Source: Macrostomum lignano (Eukaryota). Taken from it: 64,000 bases of DNA. The stretch's first letter is position 1, and each line of letters starts with the position of its first letter. The stretch lies in assembly GCA_002269645.1 (NCBI GenBank), contig NIVC01001958.1, forward strand, positions 1-64,000. Reading direction: 5' to 3'. Both the position numbers and the translations under genes were made by a program. Positions 23,015-48,590 of this stretch are shown one piece after another. The notes under the pieces were generated by a model. That model was not told the origin of the DNA, did no database searches, and was given only the letters and a program-made list of their open reading frames with translations.

Positions 23015-24030
23015 CCCCGTATGAGCCCCAAGTCAGAGCATCTATGACCCATAAATTAGAGCATATATGAGCCCCAAGTCAGAGCATTTATGACCCATAA
23101 ATTAGAGCATATATGAGCCCCAAGTCAGAGCATTTATGACCCATAAATTAGAGCATATATGAGCCCCAAGTCAGAGCATTTATGACCCATAAATTAGAGC
23201 ATATATGAGCCCCAAGTCAGAGCATTTATGACCCATAAATTAGAGCATATATGAGCCCCAAGTCAGAGCATTTATGACCCATAAATTAGAGCATATATGA
23301 GCCCCAAGTCAGAGCATTTATGACCCATAAATTAGAGCATATATGAGCCCCAAGTCAGAGCATTTATGACCCATAAATTAGAGCATATATGAGCCCCAAG
23401 TCAGAGCATTTATGACCCATAAATTAGAGCATATATGAGCCCCAAGTCAGAGCATTTATGACCCATAAATTAGAGCATATATGAGCCCCAAGTCAGAGCA
23501 TCTATGACCTATAAATTAGAGCATATATGAGCCCCAAGTCAGAGCATCTATGACCTATAAATTAGAGCATATATGAGCCCCAAGTCAGAGCATCTATGAC
23601 CTATAAATTAGAGCATATATGAGCCCCAAGTCAGAGCATCTATGACCTATAAATTAGAGCATATATGAGCCACAAGTCAGACGATATATGAGCCTCAAGC
23701 AGAGGATATATGAGCCCCAAGTCAGCATCTATGAGCCCCAGGTCTGAGCATATGAGCCCCAAGCAGAGGATATATGAGCCCCAAGTCAGCATCTATGAGC
23801 CTCAAGCAGAGCATATATGAGCCCAAGCAGAGGATATATGAGCCCTCAGTCAGCATATATGAGCCCCAAGTCAGAGGATATATCAGCCCCAAATTAGAGC
23901 ATATATGAGCCCCAAGTCGGAGCTTGTGTGAGCCCAAGTCAGAGCATGAGCCCCAAGTCAGAGCATGTATGAGCCCCAAGTCAGAGCATGAGCCCCAAGT
24001 CAGAGCATATATGAGCCCGAAGTCAGAGCA
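23015..24030. repeat. 46-bp minisatellite (ATGAGCCCCAAGTCAGAGCATTTATGACCCATAAATTAGAGCATAT) decaying into 23-bp subunits
   Basis: About 14 near-perfect units, then degenerate units. Confidence 0.95.
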
Positions 24031-24308
24031 TTTTTGACGTTGAGTCACTGAAAAATGATGCACCGTTTATTTGATAAGCGCAGTGAAAAAGGATTACTGA
24101 AAAATTACTGAATTTGCAAGTTATTATTCTACTCAGCGGCAAGTGTTTTAGAAAAATTAGACACAATAAACAGGAGTTCATGTATATGTTCATTCTGGAG
24201 TAAACTTTGAGCAAAATATATTGCTTAGTCAGTACCAGGCCAGTGACATGTACATTGTCCTGGTACGTTCGGGCCCAAGTGTCTATAGTGGTGGCGCAGC
24301 ACAGAATT

Positions 24309-27226
24309 TCAGCCCATGTAGATCCCTGTGTCCGGTGGGAATTGCTCTCGCTCTCTGCCCGTATCGCAGTAGGAGTTCAGGCACCGCGAGTTGGGTCCGC
24401 CCGATCGGTCTCCCGAGCACTGTTGCGGTGCATGCGTTTTGTTCGAGGGTTTAAGCTTTGAACTTTACTTTGACAATTGTCATTGAAATAATTCACTATA
24501 GAAATTGACTATTACAACTAGCCGATTCCCCATCACTGATTCTCCAATCCAGCCTCCCTAATTCCCCTTCACTGATTTTCCAATCCAGCCTCCCTAATTC
24601 CCCTTCACTGATTTTCCAATCCAGCCTCCCTAATTCCCCATCACTGATTTTCCAATCCAGCCTCCCTGATTTCCCATCACTGATTTTCCAATCCAGCCTC
24701 CCTGATTCCCCATAACTGATTTTCCACTCCTCCCTAATTCCCCTTCATTGATTTTCCAATCCAGCCTCCCTAATTCCCCATCACTGATTTTCCAATCCAG
24801 CCTCCCTAATTCCCCATCACTGATTTTCCAATCCAGCCTCCCTGATTCCCCATAACTGATTTTCCACTCCTCCCTAATTCCCCTTCATTGATTTTCCAAT
24901 CCAGCCTCCCTAATTCCCCATCACTGATTTTCCAATCCAGCCTCCCTAATTCCCCATCACTGATTATCTAATCCAGCCTCCCTAATTCCCCATCACTGAT
25001 TTTCCAATCCAGCCTCCCTGATTCCCCATAACTGATTCTCCGATCCAGGCCTCTCTAATTCACCATCACTGATTTTCCAATCCAACCTCCCTAATTCACC
25101 ATCACTAATTTTCCAATCCAGCTTCCCTAATTCACCATCACTGATTTTCCAACCAGCCTCCCTAATTCCCCATCACTGATTATCCAATCCAGCCTCCCTA
25201 ATTCCCCATCACAGATTTTCCGACCAGCCTCCCTAATTCCCCATCACCAAATCTCCGACTTCAGTATTTCTAACCCAGCCTTGCGAATACCCTTAAAGAT
25301 TGTTCTAATCCTTAGACACACACAGACAGACAAACAACACGTGAAAAACAACACGTCTTTTAGATTCCATGACCCAATCAGTCTAATTCCCCTATTAGAT
25401 ATATCTGTGTCAAATTCGCTAGCTCACAGATTTGGAGACTGCTGTGCTGCGCAGGTAGGTGGCCGTCATAACCATGATGGTCAGCGAGAAGCACACAGCC
25501 AGAGCCGACATCACGCCAGTGAAGATTTCAATACCTAAATTGATTGTTGATTGAGGATCAGTTAAGTGACTTTTTCTCTATGCAAGTTAATCAATCAAAA
25601 GATATCGTCAAAAAAGTTGACCAACCCTTCAAGGGCTTGTTGACTAAAAATCCGAAAACAGCTTCCTCTATTTCCGGATCGTTGTGGAATACCATGATCA
25701 CGTGACTCATCTGTTCGAGCTGAAAATGTCCGGAATAAAAAATAGGATACAGCTACTGTAAGTAGTCGCGTAAAAATTGCTAAAAATGGCAAGCAAAAGA
25801 GCCACACCCGCTTGACGGACGCTCGAAATGTGCGCCGATCCAAGCTGAACCACGTCTGCATGCGAACCCACGGCGATCCGTTCGGCTCCGCGGGAAACCA
25901 GCTGTGGGTTCGGTTGCTTTGCGGTAGCACCTCTCTGGGGCAGCTGCAGCCTTGTCCGAGTTTCCCAGACAGCTCATCTGTCATTCTGGCTGTCATGGCT
26001 GCCATTGCATCAATACTTCCTTTGGGCGGTTTAGTCACTGAAATCAACAACAGGGAGTAGCTGAGGTTGACAGTGAGGCTGTAGGAATGAGGGGTCTCCA
26101 TTAGGAAGGACTGGGGAGGCTGTAGGAATGCGGGGTCTCCATTAGGAAGGACTGGGGAGGCTGTAGGAATGAGGGTTCTCCATTAGGAAGGACTGGGGAG
26201 GCTGTAGGAATGCGGGGTCTCCATTAGGAAGGAGTGGGGAGGCTGTAGGAATGAGGGTGTCTATAGGGAGTGAGACTTTAGGAAAGAGGGGTGTCCATTT
26301 GGGGGGAGTGAGGCTGTAGGAATGAGGGGCGTCTATTGGGGGGAGTGAGGAGGCTGTAGGAATGAGGGGTGTCCATTTGGGGGGAGTGAGGAGGCTGTAA
26401 GAATGAGGGGTGTCCATTTGCGGGGAGTGAGGCTGTAGGAATGAGGGGTGTCCATTTGGGGGGAGTGAGGAGGCTGTAGGAATGAGGGGTGTCCATTTGG
26501 GGGGAGTGAGGAGGCTGTAGGAATGAGGGGTGTCCATTTGGGGGGAGTGAGGAGGCTGTAGGAATGAGGGGTGTCCATTTGCGGGGAGTGAGGCTGTAGG
26601 AATGAGGGGTGTCCATTTGGGGGGAGTGAGGAGGCTGTAGGAATGAGGGGTGCCTATTTGGGGGGAGTGAGGAGGCTGTAGGAATGAGGGGCGTCTATTT
26701 GAGGGGAGTGAGGAGGCTGTAGGAATGAGGGGCGTCTATTTGGGGGGAGTGAGGAGGCTGTAGGAATGAGGGGTGTCCATTTGGGGGGAGTGAGGCTGTA
26801 GGAATGAGGGGTGTCCATTTGGGGGGAGTGAGGAGGCTGTAGGAATGAGGGGTGCCTATTGGGAGGGAGTGAGACGGCTGTAGGAATGAAGGGCGCAGAA
26901 GACAGTGTGCACTCACTCTTGATCTGCACATCGTTCAGCTGCCAGTCCGACGGTAGAACTACCATGAGAAAAAAGTATAAAGCACTTTGGCTGCGATGTG
27001 ATGTGGCTGCAAAGTGTCGGCAGAGAGTGCCGCTTACGCTTTTAATGCTTTCATCTGCATTTAAACTTTGCCATGGTTGCTGTCTCAGCGCGGCTAGAGG
27101 TAGTTTGACATAGCGACTGCTGGAGTCTGCGGGTGAGCGGAGCTTAGCTTGTTACCATGGAGACAGGCACTAGCAGACGGGCCCACAGACAGACAGACAG
27201 ACAGACACTAAGACAGACAGACACTC

Positions 27227-27271
<45 letters not shown>

Positions 27272-27281
27272 TACAGACAGA

Positions 27282-27314
<33 letters not shown>

Positions 27315-27361
27315 ACAGACAGACAGACACAGACAGACAGAACAGACAGACAGACAGGCAC

Positions 27362-27398
<37 letters not shown>

Positions 27399-27531
27399 AC
27401 AGAACAGGCAGACAGACAGACACGCAGACCAACAGAAACTCACAAGAGTAGTCGGCACAGCTGGTGAGCAGAGGCAGGCAGATGCAGCAGCCGACCATCC
27501 GCAGCAGAGCCGCCCAGCTGCTGCAGTGCAT
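24309..27531 (-). CDS. Orphan type I membrane protein, 6 exons (27531-27444, 27126-26917, 26037-25808, 25719-25626, 25534-25428, 24419-24309), 279 aa
   Basis: Signal peptide, phase-compatible GT-AG junctions (phases 1,1,0,1,0), no internal stops, one TM segment IFTGVMSALAVCFSLTIMVMTATYL, short Cys/Tyr tail; exon 4 boundaries are least certain. Confidence 0.55.
24530..25255. repeat. 36-bp minisatellite (CCAATCCAGCCTCCCTAATTCCCCATCACTGATTTT)
   Basis: About 20 units, in the last intron of the orphan gene. Confidence 0.95.
26075..26890. repeat. 38-41 bp G-rich minisatellite (GAGGCTGTAGGAATGAGGGGTGTCCATTTGGGGGGAGT)
   Basis: About 20 units, in intron 2 of the orphan gene. Confidence 0.95.
27185..27425. 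repeat. (GACA)n microsatellite
   Basis: Direct inspection. Confidence 0.95.
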
Positions 27532-28065
27532 CGCAATTCCACTTCTTTAATTTTTTAGATTTGCTAAGCCGTCAAGCTGTCCGTGTTGGGCCCCGTCGCC
27601 GATGCCAGTTGCCAAGCTGTTGCAGTCTAAATCGACCTGTTTGCTTTTGCAACTTTCTCTCTTCGCGTCTTTCCTAGCGCATTTCCATACAAGGCAAATA
27701 TTTGCAGGCCAGCGGTCTCAGCCGCGATAAACAGCGGACTTGGTGGGTTAACCCTGCTTGCCTAGCGGATAGCAGCAGATGCTGGCCCACACGGCATCAA
27801 CCTCTTTCTCTCCATCTCTCGCGCAGACTCTCACCCAATGCTGCATCGGCGGCTGGGTCTATAAAATTCTGAAAGCGCGTTGTTAAGGCCGGAAATTCAG
27901 AAGCCCTGACAGCATCTGCGATCGCATCATCTGTATTGCATCTACGCGCGTCTCCCTCTCTCCCTGACAAAGCCAGGCCATTAGCAATAGCAAAAGCAGT
28001 AAAGTTTCCGCAGTTTTGCTCCTGCGCGAGCACTGGCATAACAGAAGCTTTTAGCAGAGCTACTG

Positions 28066-28375
28066 GAAGCAGAGCAGCTCAGAGATTAACGCGGCTGACT
28101 CATCGCGTCACAGGACCCCTGGTTCGATTCCGCGTGCAAACGCATTCATTTGGGGCTGGTGTGCACGAATATTGGGCGGGGAGGGGGGTGTAGTGCAATG
28201 TACACTCATGAGGGCCAACCCCCCTCCCTAAGGCACGGAGAGTGTACATGCCTGACGATTAGACAGTCAGAGCCGCTGTGTACACCCTGTGTGAGCGTGT
28301 GCGTGTCAGCGTACAGTATTGGCGCTTGTATGCTCGTATGTGCTCACGAGTCAGCGGATTGGGCAGACTATCGGG
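28066..28375 (+). mobile_element. Older, diverged copy of the tRNA-derived SINE
   Basis: B-box GGTTCGATTCC, then GAGTGTACATGCCTGACG..GCCGCTGTGTACACCCTGTGTGAGCGTGTG, homologous to the body of the young SINE. Confidence 0.65.
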
Positions 28376-29450
28376 GAGATGCTTGCTCTCTGAGGGATGC
28401 TTGCTATCTGGGGGATGTTTGCTATCTGCAGGATGCTTGCTATCTGGGGGATGTTTGCTATCTGCAGGATGCTTGCTATCTGGGGGATGCTTGCTATCTG
28501 GGGGATGTTTGCTATCTGGGGGATGTTTGCTATCTGGGGGATGCTTGCTATCTGGGGGATGCTTGCTATCTGGGGGATGCTTGCTATCTGGGGGTGCTTG
28601 CTATCTGGGGATGCTTGCTATCTGCAGGATGCTTGCTATCTGGGGGTGCTTGCTATCTGAGGGATGCTTGCTATCTGGGAGATGCTTGCTATCTGGGGGG
28701 TACTTGCTATCTGGGGGATGCTTGCTATCTGGGGGATGCTTGCTATCTGGGGGGTGCTTGCTATCTGGGGGATGCTTTTTTTATTTTTTTTAGAGGCAGG
28801 GAGGTTGTGTGCACCCTGTCGCAATTTAAGCGTCATTGGCACACAACCGGCGAGAGGCATTAACTGCCCATTCCGCCGACTCCCCTGAGCAGGCATACAA
28901 GCGCGCGGATACGTTACGCAGGCACACACTCACACAGGAGTGTACAGCGGCCCTAACTTTATCAATTGTTAGGCATGTACACTTCACTGCGCCTTGGGGG
29001 GGGGGGGTTGACTCTCAAGGCCGTTAATTGCACAAGCGAGCCAAGCCAAGATTCCAATCCAGCCCCAAATTAATGTGACTGCACTTGGAATCGAGCCTGG
29101 GTCGCGGCACACCAGAGCAGCTGCGCTACCGCTGGGCTACGGCCCCCCTCTGGGGGATGCTTGCTATCTGGAAGATGCTTGCTATCTGAGGGATGCTTGC
29201 TATCTGGGAGATGCTTGCTATCTGGGGGATGCTTGCTATCTGGGGGATGCTTGCTATCTGAGGGATGCTTGCTATCTGGGGGGTGCTTGCTATCTGAGGG
29301 ATGCTTGCTATCTGGGGGGTGCTTGCTATCTGCAGGATGCTTGCTATCTGGGGGATGCTTGCTATCTGGGGGATGCTTGCTATCTGGGGGATGCTTGCTA
29401 TCTGGGAGATGCTTGCTATCTGGGGGATGCTTGCTATCTTGGGGATGTTT
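28376..29450. repeat. 18-bp minisatellite (GGGGGATGCTTGCTATCT), split by SINE copy C
   Basis: Units on both sides of 28777-29148. Confidence 0.95.
28777..29148 (-). mobile_element. tRNA-derived SINE, copy C
   Basis: Full length; flanks share TCTGGGGGATGCTT (14 bp). Confidence 0.9.
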
Positions 29451-30773
29451 TCTATTTAGGGGGGATGTCTGTTATCTTTGTGAAAGCTTTATTTTGTCGT
29501 CTTTGTTAATTTTAGAAAAAAAGAGATTCATAGTAAACATCTTTGTCTGCGACAATTTTACTTTGAAAAAGGTTCATTCTTAAAATGAATTTTTTAATTT
29601 AAATTTTTTAAACTTAAGAAGAAATTGGTTCTTAAGAAAATGTGCTAAAATTGCTAGTATGGTCACTAACTTCAGAGGAAGGTCTAGGCTAGATAAGCTT
29701 GTAGCAAACAAAACCGCTGACGAGCATCAGACCGTCACTGGGAGACCTGGCGTCAGGCCACTTGCCGGGACAAATCATTGTACTCGTAGTAAGAAAACTA
29801 AAAAATTCAGCACGCTACTGCAGCCTGCGGGGGATGACTGGGCTGCAGGATAAACAGGAAACCATGGGGTGAGGTGCCGGCTCGTCCGTCTCCCATTCTG
29901 CCCTTTTTATTATCCCAAAAATCGAAGCAATAGGAGGAGAAAGAAGGCTCTGTTTGAGCAGAGTAAGAATTGGGAGTGTACAGTTTAAAAACTGCTCCCG
30001 GCATGCATGAGGAAGAGCTCATGAGGATAGCGAGGTCGGATAGATGAGGACAGGTGGTGTAGTACAACAGATAGCTGGGATAAAACACTACATCTAAGTG
30101 GCTGCTGCTGCTGGTCATGAAACAATGCGGTCCGCTGGCTCAGGCACTAGATTGAGCGTCACGCACAACCGGTGGGTGGGGACAGGATGGGAGCCGTCGG
30201 CTTCCACAAGTCAGAACTGATGGGAATTAAATGCATAACTGACTTGATCAACAGATGGTGATAGGCAGTTCCTCTATTTCAGCTGTTCCTGCTCACCCAC
30301 ACGATGGGGCGAGGGCAGCTGGCGGGTCTTGTAGGGGGGGGGGGGCTGCAGTCTGCGGAGGAAAGCCTAGCCCGGTACAAGCTTTTTTGAGTGAGGACTT
30401 TTTGGTTGGCAACCGGGCAGAGCCTGCTGATTTCGTGCGCGGCCTCGGTTGTCATGGTAACCACTCTGCTTGGCGTGGGTTTGGGGTGGGCGGCGAAGCT
30501 GAGGCTCTGCACTGGAGACCGGGCGAGGAACGAAATTGCGAGTGGCGCTGGGACAAACGGGAGAATAATGGGGTGGAGGGCGGAGGGACGGGGGATCGCA
30601 GAGCTGAGGGCTGCTCACTGGGCCAGGGATTGAGGAGTGGCGATGCAGGAAGAGAAAGCTGGCAATATCAGAGGCGGCAGAGCAGTCTTGGCTTAGCGCG
30701 GTCACTCCGGCTAAATCCAGTTAACTCGAGCTAGAGAACGAAGCACTGATAGTTTCTGAACAGCGAAGACGCC

Positions 30774-42696
<11,923 letters not shown>

Positions 42697-42809
42697 GCTG
42701 GGAGGCTTGCGAAATGAAGTAGAGTGACGAGGACAGATCGAAGCAAAAAAATTCTGTTTTAAGCGACTGTTTTCTCTTGAAGTTGCGGTCATATTGGAGA
42801 AGAAATCTA

Positions 42810-43995
42810 GCTCTAGAAGTAGACTATATCTAGCTCTAGAGGTAGACTATATCTAGCTCTGGAAGTAGACTATTTCTATCTCTAGAAGTAGACTATATCT
42901 AGCTCTAGAAGTAGACTATATCTAGCTCTAGAAGTAGACTATATCTAGCTCTAGAAGTAGACTATATCTAGCTCTAGAAGTAGACTATTTCTAGCTCTAG
43001 AAGTCGTATATCTAGCTCTAGAAGTAGACTATATCTAGCTCTAGAAGTAGACTATTTCTAGCTCTAGAAGTAGACTATATCTAGCTCTAGAAGTAGACTA
43101 TTTCTAGCTCTAGAAGTCGTATATCTAGCTCTAGAAGTAGACTATATCTAGCTCTAGAAGTAGACTATTTCTAGCTCTAGAAGTAGACTATATCTAGCTC
43201 TAGAAGTAGACTATTTCTATCTCTAGAAGTAGACTATATCTAGCTCTAGAAGTAGACTATATCTAGCTCTAGAAGTAGACTATATCTAGCTCTAGAAGTA
43301 GACTATATCTAGCTCTAGAAGTAGACTATTTCTAGCTCTAGAAGTCGTATATCTAGCTCTAGAAGTAGACTATATCTAGCTCTAGAAGTAGACTATTTCT
43401 AGCTCTAGAAGTAGACTATATCTAGCTCTAGAAGTAGACTATTTCTAGCTCTAGAAGTCGTATATCTAGCTCTAGAAGTAGACTATATCTAGCTCTAGAA
43501 GTAGACTATTTCTAGCTCTAGAAGTAGACTATATCTAGCTCTAGAAGTAGACTATTTCTATCTCTAGAAGTAGACTATATCTAGCTCTAGAAGTAGACTA
43601 TATCTAGCTCTAGAAGTAGACTATATCTAGCTCTAGAAGTAGACTATATCTAGCTCTAGAAGTAGACTATATCTAGCTCTAGAAGTAGACTATATCTAGC
43701 TCTAGAAGTAGACTATTTCTAGCTCTAGAAGTAGACTATATCTAGCTCTAGAAGTAGACTATATCTAGCTCTAGAAGTAGACTATATCTAGCTCTAGAAG
43801 TAGATACTATATCTAGCTCTAGAAGTAGACTATATCTAGCTCTAGAAGTAGACTATATCTAGCTCCAGAAGTAGACTATATATTGCTCTAGAAGTAGACT
43901 ATATCTAGCTCCAGAAGTAGACTATATCTAGCTCTAGAAGTAGATACTATATCTAGCTCTAGAAGTAGACTATATCTAGCTCTAGAAGTCGTGTA
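42810..43995. repeat. 23-bp minisatellite (TCTAGCTCTAGAAGTAGACTATA) downstream of the TRAF stop
   Basis: About 51 units; 341-bp higher-order duplication. Confidence 0.95.
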
Positions 43996-44619
43996 TCTAG
44001 CTGGGTATTTCTGAGCTCTTTAAGAGATTGTGGCAGATGAACTGACGCAAAGCATGGCATGGCTTATAACAAATCTATTAATAAAATAACTTTATTGTCT
44101 GTCGTTTGTTATTTTTTTCTGTCTGAAAAAATTGCAATATCTAAAATATCCTGTCAATGCCACAATCGCACGGAACTTATTTATTTAAAATATTTTCCTC
44201 GTTAAACAGAAATTATCCAGTGACTACTTCTGTGTATCTATACGAGTCTTGAATTTTTTCACATTACTCCCGAGTCTGTAGATCCGATGCGATGAAAGAC
44301 AGGTCAATCACAAGAGAATGTTTTTTTCTATTTCTTAGAAATTTTTGTCAAAATTGTGGCGACAACTTTATCTTTTGTCACTTTGATCTTCTGCAACTTC
44401 AGATGATGCAACTATTTTCTGTCAGCAGCTTTACTTTACTTTCAATGTCGACTGACCCGCTTTAAAATTTTTAATTACTCCTTCTTAAAATTGCCATTTT
44501 ACTTTATCTGGCACTGTTAACTTGTATTTGGTCACAGATACAATGAGTCACTAAAATTTACTCTGGCAAATCAAGTGGGTCACTCTGCTGAGAATGAGTC
44601 ACTCTCAAGCTTAGTGAGT

Positions 44620-46280
44620 CATTCTCAAACTGGGTGAGTCACTCTCAAACTGGGTGAGTCACTCTCAAACTGGGTGAGTCACTCTCAAACTGGGTGAGTC
44701 ACTCTCAAACTTGGTGAGTCACTTTCTAACTTTGTGAGTTACTCCCAAACTTAGTGAGTCACTCTGAAACTTTATGAGTCACTCTCAAACTTGGTGAGTC
44801 ACTTTCAAACTTAGTGAGTCACTCTCAAACTGGGTGAGTCACTCTCAAACTTGGTGAGTCACTCCCAAACTGGGTGAGTCACTCTCAAACTGGGTGAGTC
44901 ACTCTCAAACTGGGTGAGTCACTCTCAAACTTGGTGAGTCACTCTCAAACTGGGTGAGTCACTCTCAAACTTGGTGAGTCACTCTCAAACTGGGTGAGTC
45001 ACTCCCAAACTTAGTGAGTCACTCCCAAACTAGGTGAGTCACTCTCAAAATGGGTGAGTCACTCTCAAACTGGGTGAGTCACTCTCAAACTGGGTGAGTC
45101 ACTCTCAAACTTAGTGAGTCACTCTCAAACTGGGTGAGTCACTCTCAAACTGGGTGAGTCACTCTCAAACTTGGTGAGTCACTCTCAAACTGGGTGAGTC
45201 ACTCTCAAACTGGGTGAGTCACTCTCAAACTTGGTGAGTCACTCTCAAACTGGGTGAGTCACTCTCAAACTGGGTGAGTCACTCTCAAACTGGGTGAGTC
45301 ACTCTCAAACTGGGTGAGTCACTCCCAAACTTAGTGAGTCACTCTCAAACTAGGTGAGTCACTCTCAAACTGGGTGAGTCACTCTCAAACTTAGTGAGTC
45401 ACTCCCAAACTTAGTGAGTCACTCTCAAACTGGGTGAGTCACTCTCAAACTGGGTGAGTCACTCTCAAACTGGGTGAGTCACTCTCAAACTGGGTGAGTC
45501 ACTCTCAAACTTAGTGAGTCACTCTCAAACTTGGTGAGTCACTCTCAAACTGGGTGAGTCACTCTCAAACTTGGTGAGTCACTCTCAAACTGGGTGAGTC
45601 ACTCCCAAACTTAGTGAGTCACTCCCAAACTAGGTGAGTCACTCTCAAACTGGGTGAGTCACTCTCAAACTGGGTGAGTCACTCTCAAACTGGGTGAGTC
45701 ACTCTCAAACTTAGTGAGTCACTCTCAAACTGGGTGAGTCACTCCCAAACTGGGTGAGTCACTCTCAAACTGGGTGAGTCACTCTCAAACTTGGTGAGTC
45801 ACTCTCAAACTGGGTGAGTCACTCTCAAACTTAGTGAGTCACTCTCAAACTGGGTGAGTCACTCTCAAACTGGGTGAGTCACTCTCAAACTGGGTGAGTC
45901 ACTCTCAAACTGGGTGAGTCACTCCCAAACTTAGTGAGTCACTCTCAAACTAGGTGAGTCACTCTCAAACTGGGTGAGTCACTCTCAAACTTAGTGAGTC
46001 ACTCCCAAACTTAGTGAGTCACTCTCAAACTGGGTGAGTCACTCCCAAACTGGGTGAGTCACTCTCAAACTTGGTGAGTCACTCTCAAACTTGGTGAGTA
46101 ACTCTCAAACTGGGTGAGTCACTCTCAAACTGGGTGAGTCACTCTCAAACTGGGTGAGTCACTCTCAAACTGGGTGAGTCACTCTCAAACTGGGTGAGTC
46201 ACTCTCAAACTTGGTGAGTCACTCTCAAACTTGGTGAGTCACTTTCAAACTTTGTGAGTTACTCCCAAAGTTAGTGAGTC
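44620..46280. repeat. 20-bp minisatellite (GGGTGAGTCACTCTCAAACT), one TGAGTCA per unit
   Basis: About 80 units; 600-bp higher-order duplication. Confidence 0.97.
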
Positions 46281-46739
46281 ACACCCAAATAAATCAGCAT
46301 TGCTTTTTTCCGTCAGTCTGATCATGCAATCTGTTCATAATAGCCGTAAGCAACATCCGGTTTGCTAATTGCTCTTGCGTCATCGCATTAAATCTGTTTT
46401 GTGTCTAGATAGAGCAAAAATGCATAAGAAAATCTGCCACTGTCTGTCTGTCTTCACAGCGCCTTGCTTAGTTTTCTATCGGTTTTTGTCCGCGTTTTGG
46501 TAAAATTGTCAAGGAACTTTCTTGTGCATACGCAGGCTATGAGCTAAAGTCCTTTACTATCAGCTTTAAAAAACTGTAAAAGTCAGTATATACGATATCA
46601 GTGAATTTTCGTTGTTTCTGAATGGATTTTTTTGAATCATTTTGTTTGACTACCATTTATTTGTTAATATCAATGTCACGTTTAAAAGGTTAGATCTCCA
46701 CTACTCTGAGGGATAAGATTTCTTGAAAGGACTCTAAGG

Positions 46740-47355
<616 letters not shown>

Positions 47356-47919
47356 TGACACGGTGCAGAAGGAAAGAAAGACAGAAGCAGCAGCAGCTCC
47401 TGACGCAGCTGTCTTGTCTGTAAAGACTTTTGACAGTTCATCAAACCCCGCAGCATCCTCTCTTTTTCAGCTCTTAGCTTTCTAAGCTCACGCCTTGCTC
47501 CACCCTCAGCGTCAACTCCCCCAGTGCTAGGGCAATCCTTCGAATTTTTAACAAAGATGGAAGTGAAATTCTCGGAAAATTCTAGAAAAATTGCAGAAAA
47601 TGACTCCGCTTAATTGAGGCGCTTCCATAAAGAAAGGCCTGGAGGAGGAAGGCTCAGAGACCCAGATAATTACAGAGAGCTGGGGACACCTGTTCGACAG
47701 CAGCCCCGGCCCGGTCTGCTCATGTTCAACTGGGGAAAATTGCGCTCAACATGCATCGACAGATGCGACCCTGAGTCAGTTGAGATAATTGGACAAACTG
47801 GAATTTCATACCAATTTTGGAAACGGTTGGACTTGCGTCTCCGGAGCTCGCTGTGCCAATCTGACTCAAATTTATCCTCTGAGCCTCCTGCCCTTCTCGT
47901 TTCAGAGTGATGCGCTGTG

Positions 47920-48590
47920 CCACTCTCTACCACTCTCTGCCACTCTCTGCCGCTCTCTACCACTCTCTGCCACTCTCTGCCGCTCTCTACCACTCTCTGC
48001 CACTCTCTGCCACTCTCTGCCACTCTCTGCCACTCTTCGCCACTCTCTACCACTCTCTGCCACTCTCTGCCGCTCTCTACCACTCTCTGCCACTCTCTGC
48101 CGCTCTCTGCCACTCTCTGCCACTCTCTACCACTCTCTACCACTCTCTGCCACTCTCTGCCGCTCTCTGCCACTCTCTGCCGCTCTCTGCCACTCTCTGC
48201 CACTCTCTGCCGCTCTCTGCCGCTCTCTGCCACTCTCTGCCACTCTCTGCCGCTCTCTGCCACTCTCTGCCACTCTCTGCCGCTCTCTGCCACTCTCTAC
48301 CACTCTCTGCCACTCTCTGCCGCTCTCTGCCACTCTCTACCACTCTCTGCCACTCTTTGCCGCTCTCTACCACTCCCTGCCACTCTCTGCCGCTCTCTGA
48401 TATTTTGTCACTCTGTCGCTCTCTACAACTCTCTGAGTTCTGCCACTCTCCGAGTTCTGCCACTCTCTACGACTCTCTGCCACTCTCCGAGTTCTGCCAC
48501 TCTCTGAGTTCTGCCACTCTCTGAGTTCTGCCACTCTCCGAGTCCTGCCACTCTCCGAGTTCTGCCACTCTCTACGACTCTCTGCCACTC
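47920..48590. repeat. 10-bp repeat (CCACTCTCTG) array
   Basis: Direct inspection. Confidence 0.95.

Noticed and set aside
28150-29583. DACYLG and GGCLLS repeat ORFs
   Set aside because: 18-bp minisatellite and SINE sequence
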